Below are positions 1 through 9,800 of a stretch of DNA of 64,000 bases, piece by piece. Both the position numbers and the translations under genes were made by a program. This stretch comes from Pseudomonadota bacterium (GTDB taxonomy: Bacteria > Pseudomonadota > Alphaproteobacteria > Rhizobiales > Hyphomicrobiaceae). The notes beneath the pieces are model-generated. The model was not told the DNA's origin, did not search any database, and saw only the letters and a program-made list of their open reading frames with translations. The first letter of the stretch is position 1. Every line of letters starts with the position of its first letter. The stretch lies in assembly GCA_023430315.1 (NCBI GenBank), contig JAEZAW010000239.1, positions 5,592 to 69,591 of the forward strand, read 5' to 3'.

Positions 1-793
1 GGCCGACCTTGACCTCGAACGTGCGGGTCACCGGGTCCGCTTGGGGCGCGATCTCGCGGACGCGCCCGCGCGTCGTGACCGATGGGGCGTCGGCAAGGCT
101 TATGTTGACTTCGGGATTGCTTGGTATCGAGCGGATCAATTGGGCTGGCACGTCGAAAACAGCGTCGCGCCCATCCTGGCGCGCCAGCTTGACGATCATC
201 TGCCCTGCTTGTGCGATCTCGCCTGAAGCAGGCCCCAAGGCCGTCAAGACACCCGGAGCATCCGCCCTGAGCTCAGTGAAGCTCACCATGTCCTGAGCGA
301 TTTTCAGTTGCGCTTCGGCGGCATCCACTTGCGATTGCGTGGTTTGCAATGCCTGTGCAGCATCGTCGTGGTTCGCCCGTGTTGTCCAGCCCTGCTTGAG
401 GAGTGTGTCCTGGCGCTCGAAGTGGTTGCGCGCCTGCGTCAGCTGTCCACGAGCGGCCGCGAGAGTCGCTTGTGCCGCCCGCAAGGCGTTCAGCTCGTTC
501 TGCGGCTCGAGGCGCGCGACCAGTTGTCCAGCCTCGACCCGATCCCCGAGATTGACGTTCCTCTCGAGTATCCGTCCTGAGATGCGGAATGCCAGAGATA
601 CTTCGTCGTCGGCTTCAATGCGGCCGGTGAGCGAGATCGGCGTGACCGCGACTCGCTTCTCGGCCACTACAGTTCGTACGGGCCTGGCGTGAGATTGCGC
701 CGTCTCTGCTTCCGGCTGGCACGCCGCGAGGATCGCCGGGAGCATCAGTACGAGCGCCGTCTGCCGCCAGCGGCTTACTAAGCTTCGCTCCAT
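1..793 (-). CDS. RND efflux periplasmic adaptor (membrane fusion protein), 3' end runs off window
   Basis: Manual translation MERSLVSRWRQTALVLMLPAILAAC (lipobox)...LAFRISGRILERNVNLGDRVEAGQLVARLE...ADPVTRTFEVKVG; frame open to window edge; absent from ORF track. Confidence 0.85.
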   Translation of the reverse strand, partial: MERSLVSRWRQTALVLMLPAILAACQPEAETAQSHARPVRTVVAEKRVAVTPISLTGRIEADDEVSLAFRISGRILERNVNLGDRVEAGQLVARLEPQNELNALRAAQATLAAARGQLTQARNHFERQDTLLKQGWTTRANHDDAAQALQTTQSQVDAAEAQLKIAQDMVSFTELRADAPGVLTALGPASGEIAQAGQMIVKLARQDGRDAVFDVPAQLIRSIPSNPEVNISLADAPSVTTRGRVREIAPQADPVTRTFEVKVG

Positions 794-1028
794 AGGCAGC
801 GAACTCCAGGCCACGATGCAGGAACGCGAAAGGCGGGACTTCCTGTAGTTCCAAAATCAGGCCGAGACTGCTGTTGGCTACTTAGTTTGCCCATCAGGTC
901 AAACCCTGGAACGCCGGACAGGACACACTAAGAAGCCGGTGACCTGACCTTGCGCAGTGTTATGTTTGGGATCGGACGTGCGCAGTGACTTGCGCTGCGA
1001 GCGCATTCACGGCAGAGCGACGTCAATC

Positions 1029-1283
1029 TTACCAACGCCACTCGCATACGCGGCGCCCTCGGCGCCACCAGCAGACCTGTCTGCGCCGTCTGCGTCTGCG
1101 GCGCGGGTCGATAACGACGACCTGAGCCTTCTCGACGAGCTGTTCGCTCTCTTGCAGGAGATCGGTGAGAGGAGGCAGCGGCGCGGCGTGCGCTTCCTCT
1201 ACAAAAATTTTCGCTAGCATCGTGGACGCGGTTGCAGCGCCCAAACTCAGTATCAACATCTGGCGGCGATCAATGCATGTCAC
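1029..1283 (-). CDS. Small Tat-signal protein with Arg-rich, Cys/Trp C-terminus
   Basis: GTG start after AGGAG; DRRQML twin-Arg signal with AHA cleavage site; tail RRRRRRRRQVCWWRRGRRVCEWRW. Confidence 0.7.
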   Translation of the reverse strand: MTCIDRRQMLILSLGAATASTMLAKIFVEEAHAAPLPPLTDLLQESEQLVEKAQVVVIDPRRRRRRRRQVCWWRRGRRVCEWRW

Positions 1284-1417
1284 TTGGCTTTCTCCTGAGA
1301 CGGTAACATCCATCCCCTCACTCCGAACTTAGTGAGTCGGAGAAGAGCGTGTACATGCGAGAAAACCCCGAAATTGCCGAGGTAAGTTGCCCTTGGTCGA
1401 TTGGCAGCGTCTCTCTG

Positions 1418-2872
1418 TCAGAAGCTTCCGACCAGCGAGCCCAAGGCAATCACAACGACAAGCGCGATGAGAGCGCTCATAATGGCCGCCATGACAATAT
1501 CCAGGTAACCTTCTTTGTGGGTCACACCGCACACGGAGAGCAGGGTTACCACGGCGCCATTGTGCGGCAGGCTGTCGAGCGTGCCGGCGCCGATCACAGC
1601 GACGCGGTGCATCAGATCCGGATTCATGCCGATCTCGGATGCGAGCTTCATATAGCTCGGCCCTAGTGCATCGAGGGCTATGGTGAGGCCCCCCGATGCC
1701 GAGCCGGTGAGCGCGGCCAGGATGTTGGTGGCCACGGCAAGCGATACCAGAGGGCCACCCTCGATGGCGAGCAGCCAGTCGCGCACATCGGCGAAGGCCG
1801 GGAGCGAGGCCACAATGGCGCCGAAGCCGACGAGGCTCGCCACCGAGATGATGGGCAGCACCGAAGCGTTGGCGCCGGCGCTCATTGTGGCCCGCAGCTC
1901 GGGCACGCTGCGGAAGTTGATGGCGATGACCGCGACGATAGCGGCCAGCAACGCTACGATTACCGACCATACGCCGCCCACCGCGGAGAGGCTCGTCGCT
2001 CCCCACTGCGGCTCGGCGAGGAAGCTCACGTTCATGCGCGGCAGTATCACAAACGACATCAGAAGATTGGTGAGGATCACCACGATGATGGGCAAGGCTG
2101 CCAATGCGATGGGTGGTCCGCTTGACGCGGCGGCACTGCGATGAATTTCGGCCGGATCGAACTCGCGCGCAGTCGAGGCGCGTTCGCGAACGATCGGGTC
2201 GTCCGCAGCTTCATCAGCCGTGGCGGCATCGTCGGGTCCGAAGCCTTCTCCGGTAAGGCGCGCCTTCGCCTCGGCGCGTTTCAGCCACCACATACCGAAG
2301 CCGAGCATGATCAGAGAAGCAATAATACCGAGGCCCGGCGCCGCAAAGGGCGTGGTGCCGAAGAACGGCATGGGAATAGCGTTCTGGATCGCCGGCGTGC
2401 CAGGCATGGCCGACATGGTGAAAGTGGACGTGCCGAGTGCGATCGCGCCTGGCATCAGTCGGCGCGGAACGCTCGCCTGGCGGAACAGCTCCATGCCCAT
2501 GGGGGCGAGTACGAAGAAAGCAACGAACAGGCTGACGCCACCATAGGTGACGATCGCGCCCGACAGCACCACTGCCAGGATCGCCCGCTGCGGCCCAAGC
2601 TTGCTGGTCATGTAGTTGGCGATCGACGTTACCGAGCCGGAATCCTCCATCAGTTTGCCGAACAAAGCTCCGAGCAGAAACAGAGGGAAGAACTGCGCGA
2701 TGAACTCGGCAGCGTTGCTCATGAAGATCTGCGTCCAGCTCGCCAGCAGCGGCTGGCCGGAGAACGCGGCGGCGATCAGGCCGGCGATCGGCGCAAGGAT
2801 GAGGATGCTCGAGCCGCGGAACGCGAAGTAGATGAGGCCGGCGAGCCCAATGAGGATGCCAAGCAGCCCCAT
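1418..2872 (-). CDS. GntP family permease
   Basis: 484 aa, many TM segments, LFGKLMEDSG, YGGVSLFV, GSASGG and LPHNGAV motifs. Confidence 0.85.
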   Translation of the reverse strand: MGLLGILIGLAGLIYFAFRGSSILILAPIAGLIAAAFSGQPLLASWTQIFMSNAAEFIAQFFPLFLLGALFGKLMEDSGSVTSIANYMTSKLGPQRAILAVVLSGAIVTYGGVSLFVAFFVLAPMGMELFRQASVPRRLMPGAIALGTSTFTMSAMPGTPAIQNAIPMPFFGTTPFAAPGLGIIASLIMLGFGMWWLKRAEAKARLTGEGFGPDDAATADEAADDPIVRERASTAREFDPAEIHRSAAASSGPPIALAALPIIVVILTNLLMSFVILPRMNVSFLAEPQWGATSLSAVGGVWSVIVALLAAIVAVIAINFRSVPELRATMSAGANASVLPIISVASLVGFGAIVASLPAFADVRDWLLAIEGGPLVSLAVATNILAALTGSASGGLTIALDALGPSYMKLASEIGMNPDLMHRVAVIGAGTLDSLPHNGAVVTLLSVCGVTHKEGYLDIVMAAIMSALIALVVVIALGSLVGSF

Positions 2873-2875
2873 GGC

Positions 2876-4036
2876 TCAGCACTCGGCGAGGAGTGCGTCG
2901 AGATCGGCACTCGAGCGGTGTCCGATATCGTCGGCATGCGCGTCGAGGAAGGCGCTTGCCGCGCGCCGCCCCTCTGCTCGGAGCATATGGAGAAACTCTC
3001 GCTCGGCATTCAGCTTGGACGAGTAGCCGAGCTCAGCCATCATCTCGGTCATGATGCGGTGGGTCCGCATGCCGGCCCATCGCGCACCTTCGCCGCTACC
3101 TGGATCGGCGGCCTGACGAAGCAGCGCAATCATGCGCAATTCCTTCATCAGTGGAGCGTTGAAGGACACTTCATTGAGGCGGTTCAGAATGTCGCTTGCC
3201 GTGCGCGGCGTACCCGGTCGCTCGCGTGGATTGATCTGAACGAGGATAGTATCGCGCGCATTGCTCTCGCGCACGAGCGGCGTGATCGTAGGATTGCCGG
3301 AATAGCCGCCGTCCCAGTAAGCCTCGCCGTCGATCTCGATCGCCTGGAACATCGTGGGCAGGCAGGCCGAGGCGAGTAACACATCCGCGGATATCTCGGC
3401 GTTGCGAAATACACGTCCACGACCGGTACGGACATTGGTCGCGGTGATGAACAGTTTGATGGGAGATTGCACGAGCCGCTCGAAATCGATGCAATCGTCG
3501 AGAATGCGTTTGAGCGGATTGAGACCGCGCGGATTGAGATCGTAGGGCGAGAGAAGCCGCGCCATGAGATCCATGCCGATGAATACCGGCGAGGAGTCGA
3601 GCGTCCAGCGTCCGAGCATCCGGTCCAGGAGTGTCCGCTGCAGCGGACTGAATACCGCGGCGCGTGCAACCTCCTCCCAGTAGGCATCGAGTGCTGCGCG
3701 TGCACCAGTGGCGCCGTCGCGGATCCAGCCATCGGCCAGAACGGCTGCGTTCATCGCACCCGCCGATGTGCCGGAAATGGCATCTATGTGCAGCCAGGGC
3801 TCCTCGAGCAGGCGATCGAGCACGCCCCATGTGAACGCCCCGTGCGAGCCGCCGCCTTGCAAAGCGAGGTCGACGACCACCGTCGTGCGCCTCTCGCCCG
3901 AGTGCGTCGACCCTGGGAAGGCTGTGGCTTTCTGGGTTGCTGCCGTCACGGAGGCGCTCGCTTGGTGGCGAGATGTGCGGCCGGCCGACCGCGTGCGGGA
4001 TTGTGGTGATCCGGACGGCGGAGGTTTGCCCAGCAT
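2876..4036 (-). CDS. Patatin-like phospholipase/esterase
   Basis: GGGSHG oxyanion loop, GTSAG nucleophile, DGG acid motif; start uncertain. Confidence 0.9.
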   Translation of the reverse strand: MLGKPPPSGSPQSRTRSAGRTSRHQASASVTAATQKATAFPGSTHSGERRTTVVVDLALQGGGSHGAFTWGVLDRLLEEPWLHIDAISGTSAGAMNAAVLADGWIRDGATGARAALDAYWEEVARAAVFSPLQRTLLDRMLGRWTLDSSPVFIGMDLMARLLSPYDLNPRGLNPLKRILDDCIDFERLVQSPIKLFITATNVRTGRGRVFRNAEISADVLLASACLPTMFQAIEIDGEAYWDGGYSGNPTITPLVRESNARDTILVQINPRERPGTPRTASDILNRLNEVSFNAPLMKELRMIALLRQAADPGSGEGARWAGMRTHRIMTEMMAELGYSSKLNAEREFLHMLRAEGRRAASAFLDAHADDIGHRSSADLDALLAEC

Positions 4037-4039
4037 TTG

Positions 4040-4670
4040 TTATGGTTTTCGCAGACCGGCCTGTTTGCCGATCGGATCGGAGATCTGCCCTTCGTCCGCG
4101 GAATGCGGTGGAATCCACTTCGCGATGTTACTCAGCTGCCAGCGCGCACCGAAGAACGCGAGAATGGCGGTGAGCAGCGTTGGCAGGAAGCTGTCGGAAG
4201 GCGCGGCTCCGGACGGGAGCAGTAGTTGCGCACCGGTTACGATCAGCGTTGCCCCGCCAATGGCGGAGGCGGCGACGATGAAAAGGTCGAAGAAGGCGAT
4301 CGCGACGATCGCGCCGATGATGCCACCGCACAGCGCGAGTATGGTCCCAAGAACGCCGGACATCGCCCGATCCAGGCCGAGCAGGGATGCAATCGCGAGG
4401 ACGAGCATCACACCGCCCGCAAAGCCGATCAATGCGCGTTTGTAGGGTACGATAGCGTAAGCGGCACATGCAAAAATGATCCCGGCAATGATGCCGAGAA
4501 CGATTGCGGTCACCCCAACGTCGCCCGTCAGCCACTTGCCAAGCAGCAGTCCGATCTCGAAGCCGAACAGGCCATAGAAGATGGGCAGCCACGCATAGAA
4601 CAGGAGGAGACCGAAACCCATGATCCCCGATGCCGCACAGAATTAGCAGCAACCCGAACGAGAAAGCCAT
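4040..4670 (-). pseudogene. DUF4203-like membrane protein with +1 frameshift near N-terminus
   Basis: MAFSFGLLLILCGIG (4670) joins IMGFGLLLFYAW if one G is removed from the G4 run at 4625-4628; could be a sequencing error or a restart at ATG 4621. Confidence 0.55.
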
Positions 4671-4908
4671 GTCTCATCCCCTGCACGCCAAGCGCGCGGC
4701 GCGGCGGCTGGACTGGGAAGCAGCCAGCACCTCAACACTAGTAAGGACTGCACTGAGGGCTCCTATCAGGGCTAGCCCTCAATCCATCGGGGGGCCGCCC
4801 TTAGAGCACGATCGCTTCGGATGGACGCGCCGCGCGCGGCGTCGACGATCCGCCACGCGTGCCTCGGCGCACCCGAGCTCCATAGGTTATTTGGAAGTAC
4901 GCACGCAC

Positions 4909-4934
4909 GGAACGGATGGTGAGGGTTGCGCGTT
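4909..4934 (+). promoter_or_regulatory. EcfG-type GSR promoter
   Basis: GGAAC-N17-CGTT, 10 nt before ATG 4945. Confidence 0.7.
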
Positions 4935-4944
4935 CAACAAGATC

Positions 4945-5130
4945 ATGGACACACATCTTACAACTTTGGAACGCGCTTTTCAGCTCGCCAAGTCGGGCGG
5001 TTGTAAAACGATTGAGGAACTCAAGAGGGCTCTCCGCACGGAAGGGCACTCCACGACGCACATCATCGGGCGCTCGCTGACGAAGCAGCTCCGCGAGTTG
5101 ATGAAGCGGCCGCCTGACAAGAGCGCCTAG
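4945..5130 (+). CDS. Small hypothetical protein (61 aa), possible helical DNA-binding fold
   Basis: MDTHLTTLERAFQLAKSGGCKTIEELKRALRTEGHS...; promoter directly upstream. Confidence 0.65.
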   Translation: MDTHLTTLERAFQLAKSGGCKTIEELKRALRTEGHSTTHIIGRSLTKQLRELMKRPPDKSA

Positions 5131-5209
5131 CAAACTCGGTATGCATTTGTAGGGAACAGTCCAGGGGGCGCCCGCGCTGCCTCAGCGATTTGGCGTTTCC
5201 TAACGCTTG

Positions 5210-5581
5210 TCACTCGGTAACATCGACGAAGGTCCGAAGAAGAGACACAAGTGCTGCCGCCGAAATGGGCTTCGACAAGAAGGGGGCGCCGTGAAAGCCA
5301 GGCGGGAACTGTCTTTGTGAGTTCCCTGAAACGACGACGAATGGATTTCCCCTCGATTTCAACGCGAGCGCGACAGGCTCCGAGTTCTCGTGGCCGAGAT
5401 GAATATCGAGCACCGCAACGTCGCAGCCGACCTCGTCCAGTAGCTTCAATGCGCTTGCCACCGACGTTGCGGGGCCAACGACCTCGAACCCGGCATCGGT
5501 GAGCTGGTCTGCTACGTCCATAGCAAGCAGCGGCTCATCCTCGACCACCAACGTGCGATTGCCCCTGCGCCGCTCGTTCAT
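5210..5581 (-). CDS. Single-domain response regulator (REC)
   Basis: LVVEDE, AVLDIHL, VVVSG, KP motifs; ATGA overlap with upstream kinase stop. Confidence 0.9.
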   Translation of the reverse strand: MNERRRGNRTLVVEDEPLLAMDVADQLTDAGFEVVGPATSVASALKLLDEVGCDVAVLDIHLGHENSEPVALALKSRGNPFVVVSGNSQRQFPPGFHGAPFLSKPISAAALVSLLRTFVDVTE

Positions 5582-6804
5582 GGGTCGGCCTTCTTTTCGT
5601 CGCTCAGTCCGTCTGCGGCCTCGTGATCTCGAATTTTCGCCGTGGGACACGCAAGCTGCCAGCTAAAGCCCGAGGGCGCATATTCGAGTTTCACCTCGCC
5701 ATCGAGGCTCAACTCGACCATGTTCTTTATGACCTTGGAACCGAAGCCACGACGCCTCGGGGCATGGATGCGGGGGCCGTCGCTTTCTCTCCAGCTCATC
5801 AAGAAGCGGCGGTGATCGCCGCCGCTGCCGACCAATTGCCAGGCAATATCGACATGCCCCTTCTGGTTGGAGAGAGCACCGTGCTTGACGGCATTCGTCG
5901 CGAGTTCATGCACGGCCATGCCGATGGATTGGACTGCCGACGCGGCGACCCTGAGCGGAGGGCCACTGAGAATGATCCTCTCCCCCACGAGATCCTCGAA
6001 ATGTGCGAGCTGGGCGCGAATGAGCGTCGAAAAATCAATACTCCGCCACTGGCTGTTGAGCAGGAGATCCTGATGCGTGGATAGCGCCTGAACGCGGCGC
6101 GTGAAGCGCTGAACGAACTCGCTCGGGGCGCTGACCGCCGTCTGTTTCGCGATTGCCAGAACCAGGCTCAGAATGTTCTTCGAGCGATGGTTCACCTCAT
6201 TCAGCAGGGTCTGAATTTCCTTCGTACGCTCGGCGACCTGCTGCTCCAGCGTCACATTGAGCTCGCGTAGTTGCTCCTCGGCTCTGCGTCGCGACGCGAC
6301 TTCCGCCTGCAGCGCCTGGTTGGCGAACTCGACCTCGCGTTGCTTGCGATGGAGATCCGCAAAGACAGAAACCTTCGAACGAAGAACAGCGGAATTCACG
6401 GGCTTGTAGAGATAGTCGACGGCGCCGCTGCCGTAACCATCGAGCACGTGTTGATCCTCGTTGTAGTAGGCAGTGAGAAAGATGATCGGTATGAGAGAGC
6501 TTTTCTTGCGCTCCTTGATCATCTTCGCGAGCTCGAGGCCGGTTGTTCCGGGCATTCGGATATCAAGTATGATCAACGCGAACTGCCGCGAAAGGAGAGC
6601 CAGCAAGGCTTGGTCAGCAGACTCCGCGCGCACAAGTCGATACCGTGGATCGTCGAGGATCGTCTCGAGCACCATCAGGTTCTTCGGCTCGTCGTCGACG
6701 ATCAGAATGTTGATCGGAGCTTCAACCGGCATAGGGGCGATAGCCTCCGGCTCCGCAAGGCCCTCGGATAAACGGGCTGCCGCATCGTTGCTGAGCGTTT
6801 GCAT
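5578..6804 (-). CDS. REC-HWE histidine kinase
   Basis: N-terminal REC (ILIVDDE...LDIRMP), EVNHRSKN H-box, ELATNAVKHGAL, WRESDGP, GFGS. Confidence 0.9.
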   Translation of the reverse strand: MQTLSNDAAARLSEGLAEPEAIAPMPVEAPINILIVDDEPKNLMVLETILDDPRYRLVRAESADQALLALLSRQFALIILDIRMPGTTGLELAKMIKERKKSSLIPIIFLTAYYNEDQHVLDGYGSGAVDYLYKPVNSAVLRSKVSVFADLHRKQREVEFANQALQAEVASRRRAEEQLRELNVTLEQQVAERTKEIQTLLNEVNHRSKNILSLVLAIAKQTAVSAPSEFVQRFTRRVQALSTHQDLLLNSQWRSIDFSTLIRAQLAHFEDLVGERIILSGPPLRVAASAVQSIGMAVHELATNAVKHGALSNQKGHVDIAWQLVGSGGDHRRFLMSWRESDGPRIHAPRRRGFGSKVIKNMVELSLDGEVKLEYAPSGFSWQLACPTAKIRDHEAADGLSDEKKADP

Positions 6805-6890
6805 CGAATATTCTCACTAGCGTCGTTAGGCTTGGTCGACGACAGTCAGTACTGTCAGGCGCGGCAACTCGTTCCTCCTCCTCGGCCTAT

Positions 6891-9800
6891 TCACCGGAAG
6901 AGCCACACGCGCATGAGTGAGAGAAGCTGGTCGGGGTTGACTGGTTTCGAGATGTAGTCGCTGGCACCCGCGTCCAAGCACTTCTCGCGATCGCCCTTCA
7001 TCGCCTTGGCTGTAAGAGCCAGAATGGGCAGAGTGCGGTGCTCCGACATGGCGCGTATGCTCCGCATGGTCTCATAGCCATCCATATCGGGCATCATGAT
7101 GTCCATGAGCACAATATCGAGATCGGGTGTATTCTGAACGATCTCGATCGCCGCGCGACCGCTCGTCGTATTGAGCACCTCCATCTCGTAATTTTCGAGC
7201 AGGGAGGTCAGCGCAAATATGTTCCGTGCATCGTCGTCGACGACGAGCACTTTGCGAGACTTCAATACCTCGTTGGAGCCGTGAAGCCGCTGCAGCATCG
7301 TCTGCTTGCTCATCGGCAGATCGGTTACTACGCGATGCAAGAACAAGGAGGTCTCGTCGAGCAAGCGCTCCGGCGATTGGACATCCTTGATGACGATGCT
7401 CTTGGCCACTGCCCTGAGCCTGGCATGCTCTTCAGCCATCAAGTCCTTGCCGGTGAAGACCACAACGGCGAGATCTGTCCAATTCGGGTTCTTGCGCACT
7501 TTCTCGAGCAGATCGAAGCCCGTCATATCCGGCAGCCGCATGTCGAGCACCATGCAGTCGGTCGTCTTGTCACTCAGCGCGTGAAGCGCCTCGCGGCCCG
7601 TCGGAACTGCAACCACCTCGATATCGTCGTGGTCCAGCAATTCGACGATCGACTGCCGCTCGATATCGTTGTCCTCGACGATCAGCAGCCGCTTCTTGCG
7701 TGGTGCGGTGAACTGCTTGATCCGGTCGAATGCCGCTTCCAGACCTTCGGTCGTCGGGCCCTTGACGACATAGGAGAACGCACCGTGCGCGAGCCCATGT
7801 CGACGCTCATCCTCGAGCGTGATGACCTGCACGGGAATATGGCGCGTTGCCGGATCGAGCTTGAGTTGGTTCAGAACCGTCCAGCCGAGCATGTCCGGAA
7901 GGAAGATATCCAGGGAGATGGCCGTCGGACGGAACTGGCGTGCAAGAAACAGCCCTGCGGCGCCCTTGTTGGTGACGATGCCCTTGAAGCCTTTCTCGCG
8001 CGCCATATCGAGCAGAATGCGAGCGTAGTGGCTGTCGTCCTCGATGATCAAGAGTACGGGATGGCCCTTCGCGATATCATTGCGATCGTCCTGGATGGGT
8101 TCTTCGCGAGGTACCGGCAGGCTGATCAGCTCGCGTGTCTCCGTGACGGCCGCAATGCGCGTGTCGCCGGAAATATCGATGAGGCCTTCGGAGCCGGCAT
8201 AGCGGAGCGGGAGAAACAAAGTGAACGTGCTGCCCTTCCCGAGTGTGCTCGCAAGCCTGATCTCGCCACCGAGCAACTGCGCCAGCTCTTTGCTGATGGC
8301 GAGGCCGAGACCAGTTCCACCAAATTTGCGCGAGGTACCAGCATCGGCCTGCTGGAAAGCTTCGAAAATCAGCTTCTGCTTTTCCGGTGCGATGCCGATC
8401 CCCGTATCCTCGACCGTGAAGGCGATGACGTGTTCTGCTTTGCTGAGCACGGGATGACCGACGCTCCAGCCACTGCTCGCGGATTCGACGCGCACATTGA
8501 CGTGGCCGCTGGCAGTGAACTTGACGGCATTGGAGAGAAGATTCTTGAGGATCTGTTGAAGTCGTTTTGGATCGCTGTCCATGGAATGCGGCAGCGTATC
8601 CGCGAAGTGCACGTAGAACGGCAGACTCTTGGCTTCGGCCACGTGACGGAAGTTCCGATCGATCGTCTCATGCAGACCAGCGAACGTGATCTCCTCGATC
8701 TCGACAGTAACGGTTCCGGACTCGATCTTCGAGAGATCGAGAATGTCGTTGATCAGATGCAGGAGATCGGAGCCGGACGAGTGGATGTTCCGTGAGAAAT
8801 CCACCTCCCGCTCGGAGAGGCTTCCGGATGCATTCGCGGCGAGCTGCTGACTGAGGATGAGGATCGAATTCAGGGGCGTGCGCAACTCGTGCGACATGTT
8901 CGCCAGGAATTCCGATTTATACTTCGATGTGAGCGCCAGCTCCGCAGCCTTCTCCTCGAGGGCGTAACGCGCCTGCTCGACTTCGGCGTTCTTGCGCTCC
9001 ACCTCGGCATTCTGCTCGGCAAGCAGCCGCGCCTTGGTTCCGAGTTCCTCGTTCCTGAGCTGAAGCTCGCTCTGGCGCGACTGCAGTTCGACGGTGAGCT
9101 GCTGCGATTGCGTGAGCAAGCCCTCGGTGCGCATGGTCGCTTCGATCGTATTGAACACGACGCCGATACTCAGTGTGAGCTGATCGAGAAATGCGAGATC
9201 GACCTCCGAGAATGGCTGCAGCGCCGCCAGCTCGATGACGGCTTTGGTCTCGCCTTCGAACAGCACCGGCAGCACGACAATGCTGATCCGCTTGGCTTCG
9301 CCGAGGCTGGAGGAGATCGTGATGAATTCGCTCGGAACATCCGTCAGCAGGATCCGCTTCTTCTCGACGGCGCACTGGCCGGCAAGGCCCTCGCCCAGAG
9401 CCAATCTTTCTATGATCGTGCCTCGATGTGCGTAGCTCGAGAGCAGCCTCAGCTCGCCGCCGCCATCGCCACCGCTGAGGTGATAGATCGTGCCCTGATA
9501 GGCCTTGATGAGTGGGCTCAGCTCGCTCAGTAGAATCTGGCTGACCGTGTTGAGCTCGCGTTGGCCCTGTAGCATGCCAGTGAAGCGGGCCAGATTGGTC
9601 TTCAACCAACCCTCATCGCGGTTGCGCGCCGTCGTCTCGCGCAAATTGGAAATCATCGTGTTGATGTTGTCTTTCAGCTCGGCGACTTCGCCGCGCGTCT
9701 CCACTTGGATCGAGCGCGTGAGGTCGCCCTTCGTCACGGCAGTGGCAACCTCTGCAATGGCGCGCACCTGACTGGTGAGATTTGCCGCGAGCAAGTTGAC

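Noticed and set aside
2876..4036. Patatin as a CBASS effector
   Set aside because: No CD-NTase nearby; context is a metabolic operon with a GntP permease
2141..4445. Plus-strand ORFs of 412 and 245 aa
   Set aside because: Shadows of the permease, patatin and membrane protein genes; no motifs
5153..5180. Other GGAAC sites (5153, 14780, 19496, 60780, 61681) as promoters
   Set aside because: No GTT or CATT element at 16-17 nt spacing
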